From Scyliorhinus canicula (taxonomy: Eukaryota): a DNA stretch of 64,000 nucleotides. The stretch's first letter is position 1. Each line of letters starts with the position of its first letter. The DNA lies in assembly GCF_902713615.1 (NCBI RefSeq), contig NC_052159.1, positions 96,649,877 through 96,713,876 on the forward strand. Reading direction: 5' to 3'. The notes under the pieces were generated by a model. The model did not search any database. It was not told where the DNA came from and saw only the letters and a list, made by a program, of their open reading frames with translations. Positions 50,530-62,164 of this stretch are shown here, in pieces. Both the position numbers and the translations under genes were made by a program.

Positions 50530-51389
50530 ACCTCTCTCTTATTGCACTCTGTCTGACTATCTGCCTCTCTGTCTTTTCCGACTGTCTCTCTCTTTCTCCC
50601 TCTCTCACTGTCCCTTTTTCTCACTCTCGCTCTCATGCACTCTCTCCTTTTTGTGCATTCTCTCCATTTCGTGCATTCTCTCTCTCGTTTTTGTGCGTTT
50701 TCTCTCTCCTTTTCGTGTGCTCTGTCTCTCTTTGTACGTTCTCCCTTTCCTTTCCATGTGTGTTCTCTCTCCTTTTTGTGCATTCTTTCTCCCCTTTTCA
50801 TGCATGTTCTCCCCTTTTTCATGTGTGTTCTCCCTTTTTTGTGCGTGTTCTCCCTTTTTTGTGCGTGTTCTCCCTTTTTTGTGCGTGTTCTCCCTTTTTG
50901 TGCGTGTACTCCCCTTTCTCGTGCGTGTTCTCCCTTTCTCGTGCGTGTTCTCCCTTTCTCGTGCGTGTACTCCCCTTTCTCGTGTGTGTTCTCTTTTATT
51001 TTTGTGCGTGTTCCCCTCTTTCCTTTCTGTGTGTGTTCTCTCTCTTCCTTTTGCGTGTGTTCTCTCCTTTTTGTTTGTTCTCCTTTTTGTGTGTTCTCTC
51101 ACTCTCCTTTTTGTATGTTCACTCTCTATTTTTTGCGTTCTCTCTCCTTTTTTTGCGTTCTCTACTTTTTTTGCGTTCTCTCCTTTTTGTGCGTTCTCGC
51201 CCTCCCTTCTTTATGTGCGTTCTTTCCCTCTCCTTTTTGTGCTTTGACTCCTTTTTGTGCTTTCGCTCAATCTCGCTCTCCTTTTTGTGTATTCACACTC
51301 TCTCTCCCCTTCTCTGTTCTCTCTTTTTCCTTTTCATGCATGTTCTCTTTCACTTTCAGTTTTGTGCATTCTCTCCTTTCCGTGTGCTC
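50530..51389. repeat. Pyrimidine-rich minisatellite, ~19-20 bp unit GTGCGTGTTCTCCCTTT(T/C)T(T/C)
   Basis: Homogeneous core at about 50800-50990, decaying into (CT)-rich edges. Confidence 0.93.
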
Positions 51390-51739
51390 TGCCAGGGTGC
51401 CAATCTGGTACTGCCAAGGTGCCAAGCTGCCATTTTTGGCATGGTGGCGATTTGGCGGGGGGTGCCCTGCGCGGCTGTTCGTGTGTAAGGGGAGGGGGTG
51501 TGGAGGAGTGACACATTCTTCCTTAATGTGTTGGGCTTGGGGGGAGGTGGTATCGGGGGTGGCTTAGGGGCCCCAGAGATCGGGACGCCATTGAGTTCTG
51601 GCGAGCATAGCTCCTCAGTGCAGAAAACTATGTAATGTGTGACCTCAGCCGCGCGTTTCCCGTTGAGGCCCCTTAACGTCAGTGCCGTTTTTTGTGTTTC
51701 GTGCCGTTCGCTATGTTTCCATTTAGTTAAATCCTGTCC
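51390..51739 (-). mobile_element. Harbinger-type element end (arm inverted relative to 49442-49740)
   Basis: Reverse strand begins GGACAGGATTTAACTAAATGG and shares GCGCGGCTGAGG, CCAGAACTC and CAGGGCACCCC blocks. Confidence 0.6.
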
Positions 51740-53868
51740 AGAGTCTATAGAGAGTGAAAAATATAATCACTAAAGGGCAGGGATTATTTAACAATGTTTG
51801 CAACAGCTAGAAAAGAAACTAATGCCATTGAAAAGCCATTTTGCATTCCTTTGATTCCCTATGCTTAAACTTGTGTCTGCTTTTTAAAAATCTCATTGAG
51901 AGAGCACCCAAAATGAATGAGGACTGGGTAGATCAAACTACTTCTCTTGTGAAGTTATGTTTTCTTAAAGTCTGGCTTCTGACATGCTTGGGATTCAATG
52001 GTGCAGTTAAAGAGATAAACTAGCTCATTTATTTTTCAAAAATCTCCAAAACAATTCAATTTGAGGGATGGGGTAGTGGTCATTTCAAATGAAAAGTTGC
52101 CCGAAACTGATGCTGTATGTAGATAAGCATACCTTCATTTTACTGATGTAGATTTCTATTTTAAAAATTTCTCCCCAAAGCATGTTGTCAAGCGCATAAT
52201 TCTAAGATTTATTTCATTGTAAGTTGATAAGTGTGGGAGTTTTGTTATCCCAAAAACTTGCTAGAGGGGCCCCCCAACTATCTTGTATTTGACAAAATGG
52301 AACAAATTGTGATACAACCATAAGTCATTAACCTTTGGACATGGGAAAAAAAAACTTTCCCATAGAATTGTAGAAATATTTTAAGTTGAACTTGTAACCT
52401 CTGTTCAGCAATGCATGTCCACATTTAAAAAAAAAATGAGATGGATGTTGAAAAAAGTCACGAGAAAAAGAACACGTTTTCGCTGGTCAACCGAAAACAA
52501 TTAACCTGGTAATTAATTTCAGACTTATTTGTAGGCTCTTGATGGATACTTAATATCCAACTTTATGTTAAAAAAATGTTTAATAGCTTTAGGGATGATG
52601 CTGTAAAGCCAAACATTGGTTGCCCTGAGAAGAGGTGGTGGTACTCTCCAGGAGCTGTTTTTGTCCTGGTGATGGTGTTTCCACAATGCTGTTGATTGAA
52701 TAGGAAATTCCACGGCATTGACCCATTGACTGATGAAGGCATAGTAATTTCCAAATCAAAACTGTGTGGAATTTGGAGAGGAACATGGCTACGGCTACTT
52801 AAGAAATTAATTGCATGTGAAGTGCTTTGAAGCGTTTCTGACAGACTTAATAACTTATTATTGTGATCTTAAGCTGAAGTGGGAGGTTAGGAAATCTAGT
52901 TTCTTGAATCTTTTGTGTATGCTTTAGTCTACGAAATTGCCGTACATGCACAGTTTGTTTATTTTACCTTCTTCATGCTGGGAACAGGCTCTTCATGCAT
53001 GTGTGGAGGAAAAGAAGTAGAACAGAGTGAAAAGCAAGTCAGGTGACCTGCTAATGGACCACCATTGTGCTGAGGGTGTCCTAGGGAAGGGGCCTATAAA
53101 GGTGGCAGAGAGAGGTCCCAGAAGAAAGTCCCAGGCAGGGTTTAAGACAGGGATTAGAAACAGGTCCCAGGGTCAACTTAAAGGAAAGGAGCAGAGCAAT
53201 AGGCTGAGTTAAATAGAGAAATGCAAGGAGCAGACTTGAAATGAAATGAGTTTGAGAGTAGCGTTGAAGATCTGAGGAGCAGTCGAAGGTTGGTGACTCC
53301 TTACTGCGATATTTTGGAGCAGTTATATTTTGCTTGGCATGGCCGAGGACCTGATTGTGCTTGGAAGGTGAAGTTTGAATAATCCAGGGCAAAGGAATCT
53401 TGGGAAGTGAGATTGAAGCCCTGAGAAATGAACCATTGTTTCAGCCATCCAAGTGGGAGTATTGTTTGGAGAGAATTCCGCGGAAGGTTGTTCAGATGAG
53501 GCAATTCAAAACTCCCATGTGAAAGACAAAATTTCACTGGAATTGTTTGTTCACGATGTGACAAAGGTCTGAGTGGGTTGCTAAGAAACCCATGAAATCT
53601 GCTTTGGTCGCATCAGTAATTTATTTTGGAGTGTGGTGGGTGTCTGACCATAGTTCGCCATGTACTTCGTACTTACCTGAATATTAGAGTATAAGATAGA
53701 TATTTTACATTGTTTTATCTTTCTAAATTTGTAATCATCATCTTGTGTTTATATTGAGATTTTCACAACATTTTTGTCTGGTGGAATATAGTTAATTTTT
53801 CTTGTTCAATAAATGTTTCATTATTTGTGTTAAAAGTCCATCAGTAGACTCTGAATTTGTGAAGTACC

Positions 53869-54400
53869 TTTTTAAAAAAAATGTATTTTATTACAGACAT
53901 GTATTAAAACAGGTTACTGCAAATAAACACCCCAGGAAACATATTTCCCAGCAATCAACTGTACAGTCTGTACAAATTTTTTCCCTTTTTCATCCCCCAC
54001 TGCGAAAAACAGCTCCTCAAACACTGGTCACAAACATCCCCCACTTGTTTTCAAAACCCCTTAACTCATATTTCATCTTTTCCAACCACAGGAATGTGTA
54101 CAGGTCATCTAACCAAGCCGCTACCCCAGGGGCCGATGGCCGTACGTGATTCCAGTAAAATTTGCCGCCATGCAATCAGTAAGGCGGGGACCACGGCAAC
54201 GGCCTTCTTCCTCTCCATGAGCTCCAGCTTCTCTGAAACCCCAAATATTGCCACCAAAGGGTCCGTGTCCACCCAGAACCGTCCCAATTTTTCACAACCC
54301 CAAAACGTGCACGTGATTCGCTGGCTCCCGCCCACACCTCTCACATCCATCTGCTACCTCTGAAAGGACCCACTCATTCTTGCCCGAGTCATACACCCCT
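53869..54400 (-). mobile_element. L1-clade ORF2 C-terminus and 3' UTR
   Basis: FWGCEKLGRFW...DPLVAIFGVSE...LIAWRQILL (L1 cysteine-rich region). AATAAA and A-rich end on the reverse strand. Confidence 0.8.
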
Positions 54401-54492
54401 GGGCAGCTCTATCCTCTCCCTTAGCTCCTCCAGACTGGTGAGCCCTTCATCTTGACCAGCCCCACTTCCCTCCACCTCCTGTATACACTATC

Positions 54493-54507
54493 CATCTCTC
54501 TTCTCTT

Positions 54508-54562
<55 letters not shown>

Positions 54563-54586
54563 CCCCCCCCCCCCCCCCCCCCCCCC
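54493..54586. repeat. (CT)n microsatellite plus poly-C
   Basis: Read directly from the sequence. Confidence 0.95.
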
Positions 54587-54815
54587 AATTTCCGAAAATG
54601 GCCTTTAGTATAAAGATGGCGTTGGTAAGTAATTTTCATCCACAAGTTAAAAGAAAATTGGAATTTATCGAGCCAGGTATCACTCTGGGATCTGATTTGG
54701 CCAGTATTGACATCAGTTGCGATTCTAACAATATAATTACGATTCTAACAATATAATTACAACTCTTTTTCCATAATATCTTTTTAAATTGCTAAATTTA
54801 ATTTGACAACCTTTT

Positions 54816-55003
54816 CTGCTAGCATGGTGGTGTACTAAAGAGCTGGCTTTTAAAGCAGACCAAGTCAGGCCAGCAGCACGGTTCACTTCCCGTACCAGCC
54901 TCCCCGAATAGGCGCCAGAATGTGGCGACTAGGGGCTTTTCACAGTAACTTCATTTGAAACCTACTTGTGACAATAAGCAATTTTCATTTCATTTACATT
55001 TCA
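54816..55003 (+). mobile_element. Short SINE, same family as 31283-31469
   Basis: AAAGCAGACCAAG.CAGGCCAGCAGCACGGTTCA...GGGGCTTTTCACAGTAACTTC...GTGACAATAAG, (CATTT)n end. Confidence 0.88.
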
Positions 55004-55794
55004 TATATCCATTTCTCATTCTCCACTACTGTATGTGGAAAATATAGCTTCAGGTCAATCACTAGAAATAAACCTGTGGAAATATCTAACTGACAAAAAC
55101 AAAATGATGAATTGGACTCTTATTTTTCTTCTTGTAATCAGTCATTGAATTGAAATGTACTGAAACCTATTTTGTTCAGATTTTTTGAATGTGTGCCCCT
55201 AAACTATTGGGGTTTGTTTACAGTTTCACACGGAGCTAACTTACCAGCTTGGGATCTTTCTCTCTTTTAATCGATAAGCAAGTCACAGGCTGGCCAGTAT
55301 ACAAGAGGAAAACACTGACAATAGTGTATTGTTTCCTTTTAGCTTTTGCTTTATATTATTACAAATGGTAGAAGCAACCACTACAGGAGAAAATAAATGG
55401 ATTCTGGATACCATAGTACAAGAATGGAATGAGTTCGGCTTTCGATTATGGAGCCAAATATTTTTTTTTACTTCTCTGAGCTTTGGATAATCTGTTTAAG
55501 CAATGACTGCACAACATGCCCTTTAATGGTTGTGTGAATTTGGTGCAGAATGATTCACTGTGAATTCCATCATTTAAGACTACATTAGCAATAGGGGGCG
55601 GTTATGAGTAACTGTATACAGCTGTTTTGTTTCTACCACCCAATTACTGCTGCTTTTTTTTTACTAAGATCATGTTAAAAATATATTCAGAGATGAAAAT
55701 TATTTTAAAATGATGAATGTAAGTTTTTGTGCTTGAATTGTGATTTTGAATGGAGGAGATGCATAGGATGATTGTTGAAACAGTGAGAAATGAT

Positions 55795-56028
55795 TTATGC
55801 TATGAGGAGGGCAATTTTGCTATCTGTTCATCTTTTAAAATTATAAATATATTTTTTTGCAACATGTTTGCTCCTGCACTGCATGATAGATCCTGTTCAA
55901 GTGATTACAGTAGTAACTTGGTTTTATGTTATGAGGAGGGCAATTTTGCTACCTGGTCATCTTTTAAATTTGTAAATACATTTTTTGCAATATGTTTGCT
56001 CCTGTGCTGCATGATAGATCCTGTTCAA
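55795..56028. repeat. Tandem duplication, period about 129 bp
   Basis: TATGAGGAGGGCAATTTTGCTA...TGCATGATAGATCCTGTTCAA occurs twice. Confidence 0.9.
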
Positions 56029-56315
56029 ACGATTAGTAAATTGGTACAAAACCGCAATAGGCATATATGGACTTTTTGTCATTCCCACCACATGTTGTGT
56101 CTGTTGGAAGCAGTTCAGCATCCTAGCTGGCTTTGGTTCAACCCTATTAAATGGTAATTGTGGATTTGATTGTTTTGTTCAATGCTTATAGTAGATTGCC
56201 AAGCTTCAACTGGAAATAAGCAAGGAAATAACTGGAGAAGTAATAAACCACATGAGGGATGGGTGGGAGTGAGGGTGTGGGAATGAGGATGTGTTTAAAT
56301 TGGGATGCAAACTGT

Positions 56316-57044
56316 GGGCACGAGTAAATGGAAGTGAAACAGAGTTCCATGTCGAGCGCTTTAGCCGGGTGTTTCCCAGAGCTGGCAATGGCGAGAATGA
56401 CCCTGCTATATTAAATGTGTCTCTGCTTCATTACAGAGCCTCAGTGAGGCACACCCTGTTGAGGCCGCACCTTAGTTCCCTGCACTAACTAGCACCGCCT
56501 GCCAATTCAGGAAGAGATCGGACTCCATTTTTAAATGGCACCCCAATATCTAGCACCCCCCCATGGCCTCGAGACAGTCCAACGCCCCAGTAAAGCGGTC
56601 ATCGATCCCCTGCATCCCACCTCATAAGGGCAGGATATCGCCAGGTCCAATATCCGTGCAGGCAAAATGCCAATCGGGCACCCTTGCATTGCCCCTGTCA
56701 GCCTGGCATCAGCGCCAGGGTACCACCATGCCCAGAGGCTGACCGCACAGGGGCCTTCGATCGCCTGGGAGACACCCCCAAGTGCCGTTCTGCCTGGCCC
56801 AGCAAGGGTCTCCAGAGCGAGCGGATTTGATGCCAGCTGCTGGGTTGATCAAGCATAAACAAATTCACTTGAATATGCAAGTCTGGGTCCAGCCAATTGT
56901 GGGCAGGATCCAGATCACAATGTCTCTTGAGATCCCGTTAGATCTCGCGAGGCATGACGAGCCAGGTAAATCTTACTTGAGGCTTCTCGTGAGATTTATC
57001 GGCCGCATTGCATCCTGAGTCAGGCGCAGCCTTGGATCATGCCC
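56316..57044. mobile_element. Non-autonomous Harbinger-type element with TSD TGT
   Basis: Ends GGGCACGA... / ...TCATGCCC, flanked by TGT on both sides. Confidence 0.75.
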
Positions 57045-57295
57045 TGTGCCTTTTAGGCGCAATATGGCTCTTAACCTCTTAAGGCCCTGGAATGGTGGAT
57101 CAGGCATGCACATTGTGTCAAATTAAGTAAGGAGAAACAAATGGCTTTCTTTATCCCCTTAGTCCTTTGCATATGTAAATTAAGGGGCTATTGCCTTCTC
57201 AGACCCCGATTCCAATAGGGTGGAATCATCCAGCCGTGGAAAACCAACTCTAAGCATTGCATACATTTAAGAAAAGACTCCATACTCACCACATT

Positions 57296-57880
57296 CACCA
57301 TCCTGGGCAGCCATATAAATGATGTGGCTACAAGGACATGTCAGAGACTGGGAATTTTGTGGCAAATAACTCCCCTCCTGACTCGCCAAAGGCTGTTTGC
57401 CAAAAACAGGTGTGGTGCAATATTCCCCACTTGCCTCACTTCAACAACACTCGAAGCCCGACTCAATCCAGCAAAAAGCAGCCCGCTTAATCAGTGCCTC
57501 ATCTACCAACTTAAGCATTCACTCCCACCATCATTGGTGCACAATGGCATCAGTGTGTAGTAGACAAAGATGCAATAGAGCAATTCACTAAGGATTCTTC
57601 ACAACCTCTTCCAAACTAGTGACCTGTCCCACCTGGAAGGACAAGTGTAGAAGACACATAGAAACACCACTATTTGCAAGTTCTCCTCCAAGCCACACTT
57701 AATCCTGATTTAGAAATATATAATTATTCCTTCACTATCGCTAGATCAAAAGGGAATTCCTTCCCTAACAGCATTATAGGAGATGAACTACAGTGTTCAA
57801 AAAGATGGCTCACCATCAGCCTCTCAATTAGGGATGGGTAACAAATGCTGGCCAGCATTCCATGAAATAATTTTTTAAAA
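57296..57880 (+). mobile_element. CR1/L2-group LINE 3' fragment (same family as 29390-30318)
   Basis: QRLGILWQITPLLT, QYSPLA, DSIQQKAARLI, IHSHHHWCTMA. Tail TTAGGGATGGGTAACAAATGCTGGCC. Confidence 0.7.
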
Positions 57881-57964
57881 AGTCTCGCTGAATTGCCCAC
57901 AATGCTTTCTTTATTTTAAAGTGGTCTGAGTGCAAGATGCTGCGCACTTGAAATTTCTATTTTT

Positions 57965-58297
57965 AAAAATTAATTTATGGAATGTGGTCATCATTGGTTG
58001 GGTTTGCATTTATTGCCCAATCCTAATTTCCCTTTGAGCTGAATGGTTTGCCAGCCCATTCAGAGTCAACCACATTGCTGTGGATCTGGAGTCATATCTA
58101 AACCAGGTGAGGATGGCAGATTTCCTTCCCCAAAGGACGTTAATGAACCAGATGGGTTTTTACAACAATGGTTTCATGATCATCATTCGCCTTTTAATTC
58201 CACATTTTTATTGAATTCAAATTTCACCATCTGTCATGTTGGGATTTGAACCCAGGGCTCTGAATTACTTGTCTAGTGAAGATACTACTATGCCTCC
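57965..58297 (-). mobile_element. tRNA-derived SINE family B, near complete
   Basis: B-box GGGTTCAAATCCC, body as in 898-1153, tail TTAGGATTGGGCAATAAATGC...CCACATTCC. Confidence 0.8.
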
Positions 58298-59458
58298 TTT
58301 TGGCACTTGATACTTCAAATCCTTTGGTGAAACATGAACTGAATTCTGTACTTACAGTTTTGTGATCTCTGCTACTGCATGTTTTAAAACAATATGATGT
58401 CGATTTGTTCAAATGATAAAACAACAGAACTTCTATTCTGAAAGAGGTCAATATCTGTACTAATGACTATTTACCTTCACTTACACAGCTATCAACTGAG
58501 TATTGACAATTATGATAATATTCCCCATAGCAGTATGAAATGGCTTCAGTCGGCTATTTTCTTTAGAATACGCAACAACATACAAACCTGGTTTGGTCAT
58601 ATCAAGCTAACTTTGCTTACTGCTAAAAAATTATCCTGGAGAGCAGAATTACTTCAAACTCCTCTTCTCAAAACAAATCATCCTGATGGAGTTTCCTTCT
58701 CTACAATTCTCAAATTCACTTTGGACACAAAATGTGAGGAAATCTGAGGCTATTCTGTGCAAAATTGAACTAACTGAAGTTTCTTTTCTGTCCTCAACTC
58801 ATTGATGTCACACTCTTCTTAAAAAGAAGAGGGAAAAATGAAAGAATGAGAAAATACTAGCAATAAATATAAAAACACAGTAAAAGCTTTTACAAGTGCA
58901 ATATAAAAAGGAAAACAGTGACTATTGGTCCCGAATGACACTGAGGAATGAATAATGAGAAATAAGTAAATGGCAAAAACTTTGAATAGGTATTTTGTAC
59001 CTGTCTTCATAGCAGGCTTCAAATGAATACAATAAGCGATTTTCATTTCGTTTCGTTTGAAGACACAAAATGCACCCCAAAATAGTAAAGAAATCAAATG
59101 GAAAAAGGGAGGAAGGAACTTGAAACAATAACAAAGTACTGGGAAACTATAGGGACTCGAGGTTGAAAATTCCCCAGGACCACATGACCTTGCACATTAG
59201 GGTCTTAGAAGAATGACTTCTGAGATAAGGATAAAGTGTTTGTGATCTACCAAAATTCCCTACATTCAAAAGGTTTCAGTGGATTTGAAAACCAGAAATC
59301 CAAAATTTCTGCTCAAGAAAAGAGAGGGAAAAAAAGCAGGAAGCCACAGGCCAGTTGGGAAATATCATAATCTATTATTAAGGGAGTAATAGCAAGGCAT
59401 TTGGAGAATCATAATCAATTCAGGCAGAGTCATCATGGTTTTGTGAAAGAGAAATAAT

Positions 59459-60610
59459 GGAATTCCCCCATACCCTCACCGGCAGGTTGATTGGTGGGAG
59501 GGGTGGAGTGGAGAATTTGGCTGGAGTGCAAAAATCGATTTCAGGCTGGTGTGAATTTCCCCTGGTATCTTCTGCTGGTGCCTGCCGTGGCAGATTGGGA
59601 AACCTGCTGGAGGTCGGCTTGAAAGTGATTTGCATCCTGTTATTGGGATGTAGATGAAAGCTTGACCAGAATCTTCCACCTATGCCTGGTAGGGTACCCC
59701 ATGACACCAGCGGGAAAACACACCAGTGCAAAACACACCAGGAACAAAATCATGTGCAGATGTCAGGACTCACTAGAACAATGCCTGGGGCTGCCTGAGG
59801 CAGCCAGCAACCTTGGACTCTTAACAATAGGTGAGAGGAGCAACTACAGGTGGATCTCCCAGGTTCAGTATTATCAAGTAGGTCCATCTTCCAGCCTCAG
59901 AATATTCCTGAGATCCATTTTCTTTGTCAGGAAATCCATCTTGCACCCCAGGATGTTCCTGTGATCCACCTTCTTTCTCAGAATCATAGAATCATACAAT
60001 TTATGGTTTAGGAGGCCAATCGGCCCATCGAGTCTGCACCGGCCCTTGGAAAGATCATCCCACTTAAGCCCAGACCTCCAACCTATCTTTGTAACCCAAT
60101 AATCCCACCATACCTCTTTTTGGACACTACGGGCAATTTAGCATGTCCAATCCAACTAACCTGCACATCTTTGGACTATGGGAGAAAACCGGAGCACCAG
60201 GAGGAAACCCATGCAAACACAGCGCGAACGTGCAGAATCCACAGACAGTGACCCAAGCAGGAATCATACCTGGGACCCTGGAGCTGCGAAGCAACTGTGC
60301 TAACCACTGTGCTACCGTGCTGCCCATCCATCCATCTTCCAGCCTCCCAAGTGCTCTTGGAGATCCATCTTCTTTTTCAGGAGGCCCATCTTCAGTAGTG
60401 GATCAATGATGTGTGGCTTTCCAATATGATGCCTGAACATGATGTCAGACTGTGCACAATCACGCCTTCCTCGCCAGGGAATATGGTGAAAGACACATGG
60501 TTGCATAAATAATTAGGTTGAAGCAGGAAGATACTGGCCTCCAAAGTGGGAAACACTCCTCGTTTCTGCCTCCACTATGGGTCTTAGTCCCAGATGGGAG
60601 AATTCCACCC
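59459..60610. mobile_element. Non-autonomous Harbinger-type element, TSD AAT, containing an HE1 SINE
   Basis: Right TIR GGAGAATTCCACCC, eroded left TIR, AAT on both sides. Interrupts the CR1. Confidence 0.65.
59980..60325 (-). mobile_element. HE1 V-SINE, CR1-type tail
   Basis: Head GGGCAGCACGGTAGCACAG, V-core and (ATTCTATG) tail on the reverse strand. Confidence 0.92.
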
Positions 60611-60879
60611 AATGTTTGATGAATTTATTGGGAGTACTTTGAGAATGCAACACACAAGATTGATAATGGGAAACCACTAATGTATTTGGACTAAAGCAGT
60701 CGATAATGTGCTATATAAAAGGTTGCTACACAAGATAGGAGCTCATGGGCGTGAAAAATTAACATAGATAGAGGAATGGCTAATTACCTGGAAACCAAGT
60801 CGGGATAATTGTCAAGCTTGGGTTGACAAACTGAGTACTGGAGTGCCACAGGGATCAGTGCTGTGGCCTCCAGTATATA

Positions 60880-61643
60880 GGGCAGGATTCTCCATTGGCT
60901 GACGCCGGAAGTGGGAAACGCGATTGGGCGGAGAATAGATTCCGACGCTAAAATCGTGTTGGGTGCAGATTTGATGCCAAATCACAATTTTTCTGTTAGC
61001 TCCACCTTGATGACCTCTTGCTCCTCTTGGCCACCGATCATGTCCAGAACCTCTGGACATGAGTGGGGCGGGGGAGGGGGAGGGGGGGGGGGGGGTTGGG
61101 TTACGGCTGTGTGAGACCTGGGTTACTGCCAGGCGTACAGTGCTCCCTACTCAACATGGCCGCCCTGAGGAGGTTGTGCAGTTTTTTTTTCTGGCACTGC
61201 TGGCCCATTTGGACCATGTTGCCCACGGCGCTCATGACCTCTGCCACCTGCACCCAGGTGCAGCGAATGGCGGCAGCTGGCAGTCTTTTTCCCGGGACAG
61301 GGTACAAGATCATACACTGCTCCTCCACCACGTCCAAGAGGATCTCCAGCTTGGCATCTGTGAACCTTGGGGCTGCTCTACTCACTGCCATCTTGTTGGC
61401 TGGAATGGTGTGTATGGGGAGTGAAGTGTGTATATGCAGCTGCGGCTTTGTCAGCCTTTGACTGTGAATCGCGACACTGGCGAATCCGGCACCATTTCTC
61501 ATTAGAATCGATTGTATTTAACGTGGCGCCAGTGCAATTCTCTTAGCAATAGCGGAATCGGTCCAGGTGTGGCGCCAGTTTTTCTGCCGTGAAAGTCCAC
61601 AAATTCTGCATTGGCGTCAACACTCAAACGGAGAATCCCGGCC
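60880..61643 (-). mobile_element. Non-autonomous Harbinger element retaining a Myb/SANT exon, TSD ATA
   Basis: TIRs GGGCAGGATTCTCC / GGAGAATCCCGGCC with ATA flanks. Confidence 0.85.
61101..61391 (-). pseudogene. Harbinger Myb/SANT-like DNA-binding domain ORF (NAIF1/MSANTD-type)
   Basis: MAVSRAAPRFTDAKLEILLDVVEE...LYP...WVQVAEVMSA...QQCQKKKLHNLLRAA, ATG in good context (AAGATGG). Confidence 0.75.
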
Positions 61644-61735
61644 ATATTTTTATATTTATGAGTTGGATGAAGGGCAGTCTGCACTGTAGTCAAATTTGTT
61701 GATGATACAAAGATAGGTAAGAAAGTAAATTCATA

Positions 61736-61914
61736 GAACAGGATTTACCAACTTCACGTCAGTCAGAAATTCCGGCCCCATGCTGGCGCACGGGTTTCCT
61801 GTGGTGTACGGTACTGTCAACGGGAAATCCCGTAACAATGGCGGGACTGGTCGATCCCGCTAGCGGGCCACCTCCCCCGCCGGAAAACACGGAGGGTGTC
61901 AATAAATCCCACTC
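61736..61914. mobile_element. Short Harbinger-type MITE
   Basis: GAACAGGATTTACC / AATAAATCCCACTC ends with ATA flanks. Confidence 0.5.
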
Positions 61915-62155
61915 ATAGAATCCCCACAGTGCAGAATGAGGCCATTCGGCAAATCCGGTCTACACTGACCCTCCAAAAGAGTACTCTAGGTAGGCCCACT
62001 CCTGCACTATTCCTATTACCCCATAACCCTAACCTACACACATTTGGACACTAAGGGGCAATTTAACATAGCCAATGCACCTAACCTGTACATCTTTGGA
62101 CTGGGAGGAATCTGGAGGAAATGTCTGCAGACACTGGGAGAACCTGCAAACTCAC
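61915..62155 (-). mobile_element. HE1 SINE, partial and old
   Basis: GGACACTAAGGGGCAATTTA...CACCTAACCTG block and a CR1-type tail. Confidence 0.8.
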
Positions 62156-62164
62156 ATAACCTTT

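Larger units (their letters stand above)
58820..61732 (+). mobile_element. Old CR1 RT fragment split by two Harbinger insertions
   Basis: Collinear pieces: SPGPHD..., HHGFVKEK|CLMNLL (split at 59458/60611) and GVPQGSVL|..KFVDDTK (split at 60879/61644). Confidence 0.75.

Noticed and set aside
50800-50990. CRISPR-like regular 20-bp repeats
   Set aside because: No unique spacers, no cas genes, and a eukaryotic context.
50391-51567. Long ORFs (up to 310 aa, Phe/Cys/Ser-rich or Lys/Arg/Glu-rich)
   Set aside because: These are translations of an A-poor minisatellite that rarely forms stop codons; the sequence is low complexity.
53000-54750. Possible long solo LTR around the L1 fragment, with a 20-bp tandem duplication at 54721-54760
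   Set aside because: The layout is suggestive, but I could not define the 5' end or a TSD.
55750-56157. 135-aa ORF with an internal repeat
   Set aside because: Explained by a ~129-bp tandem duplication in AT-rich DNA; no splice or domain support.
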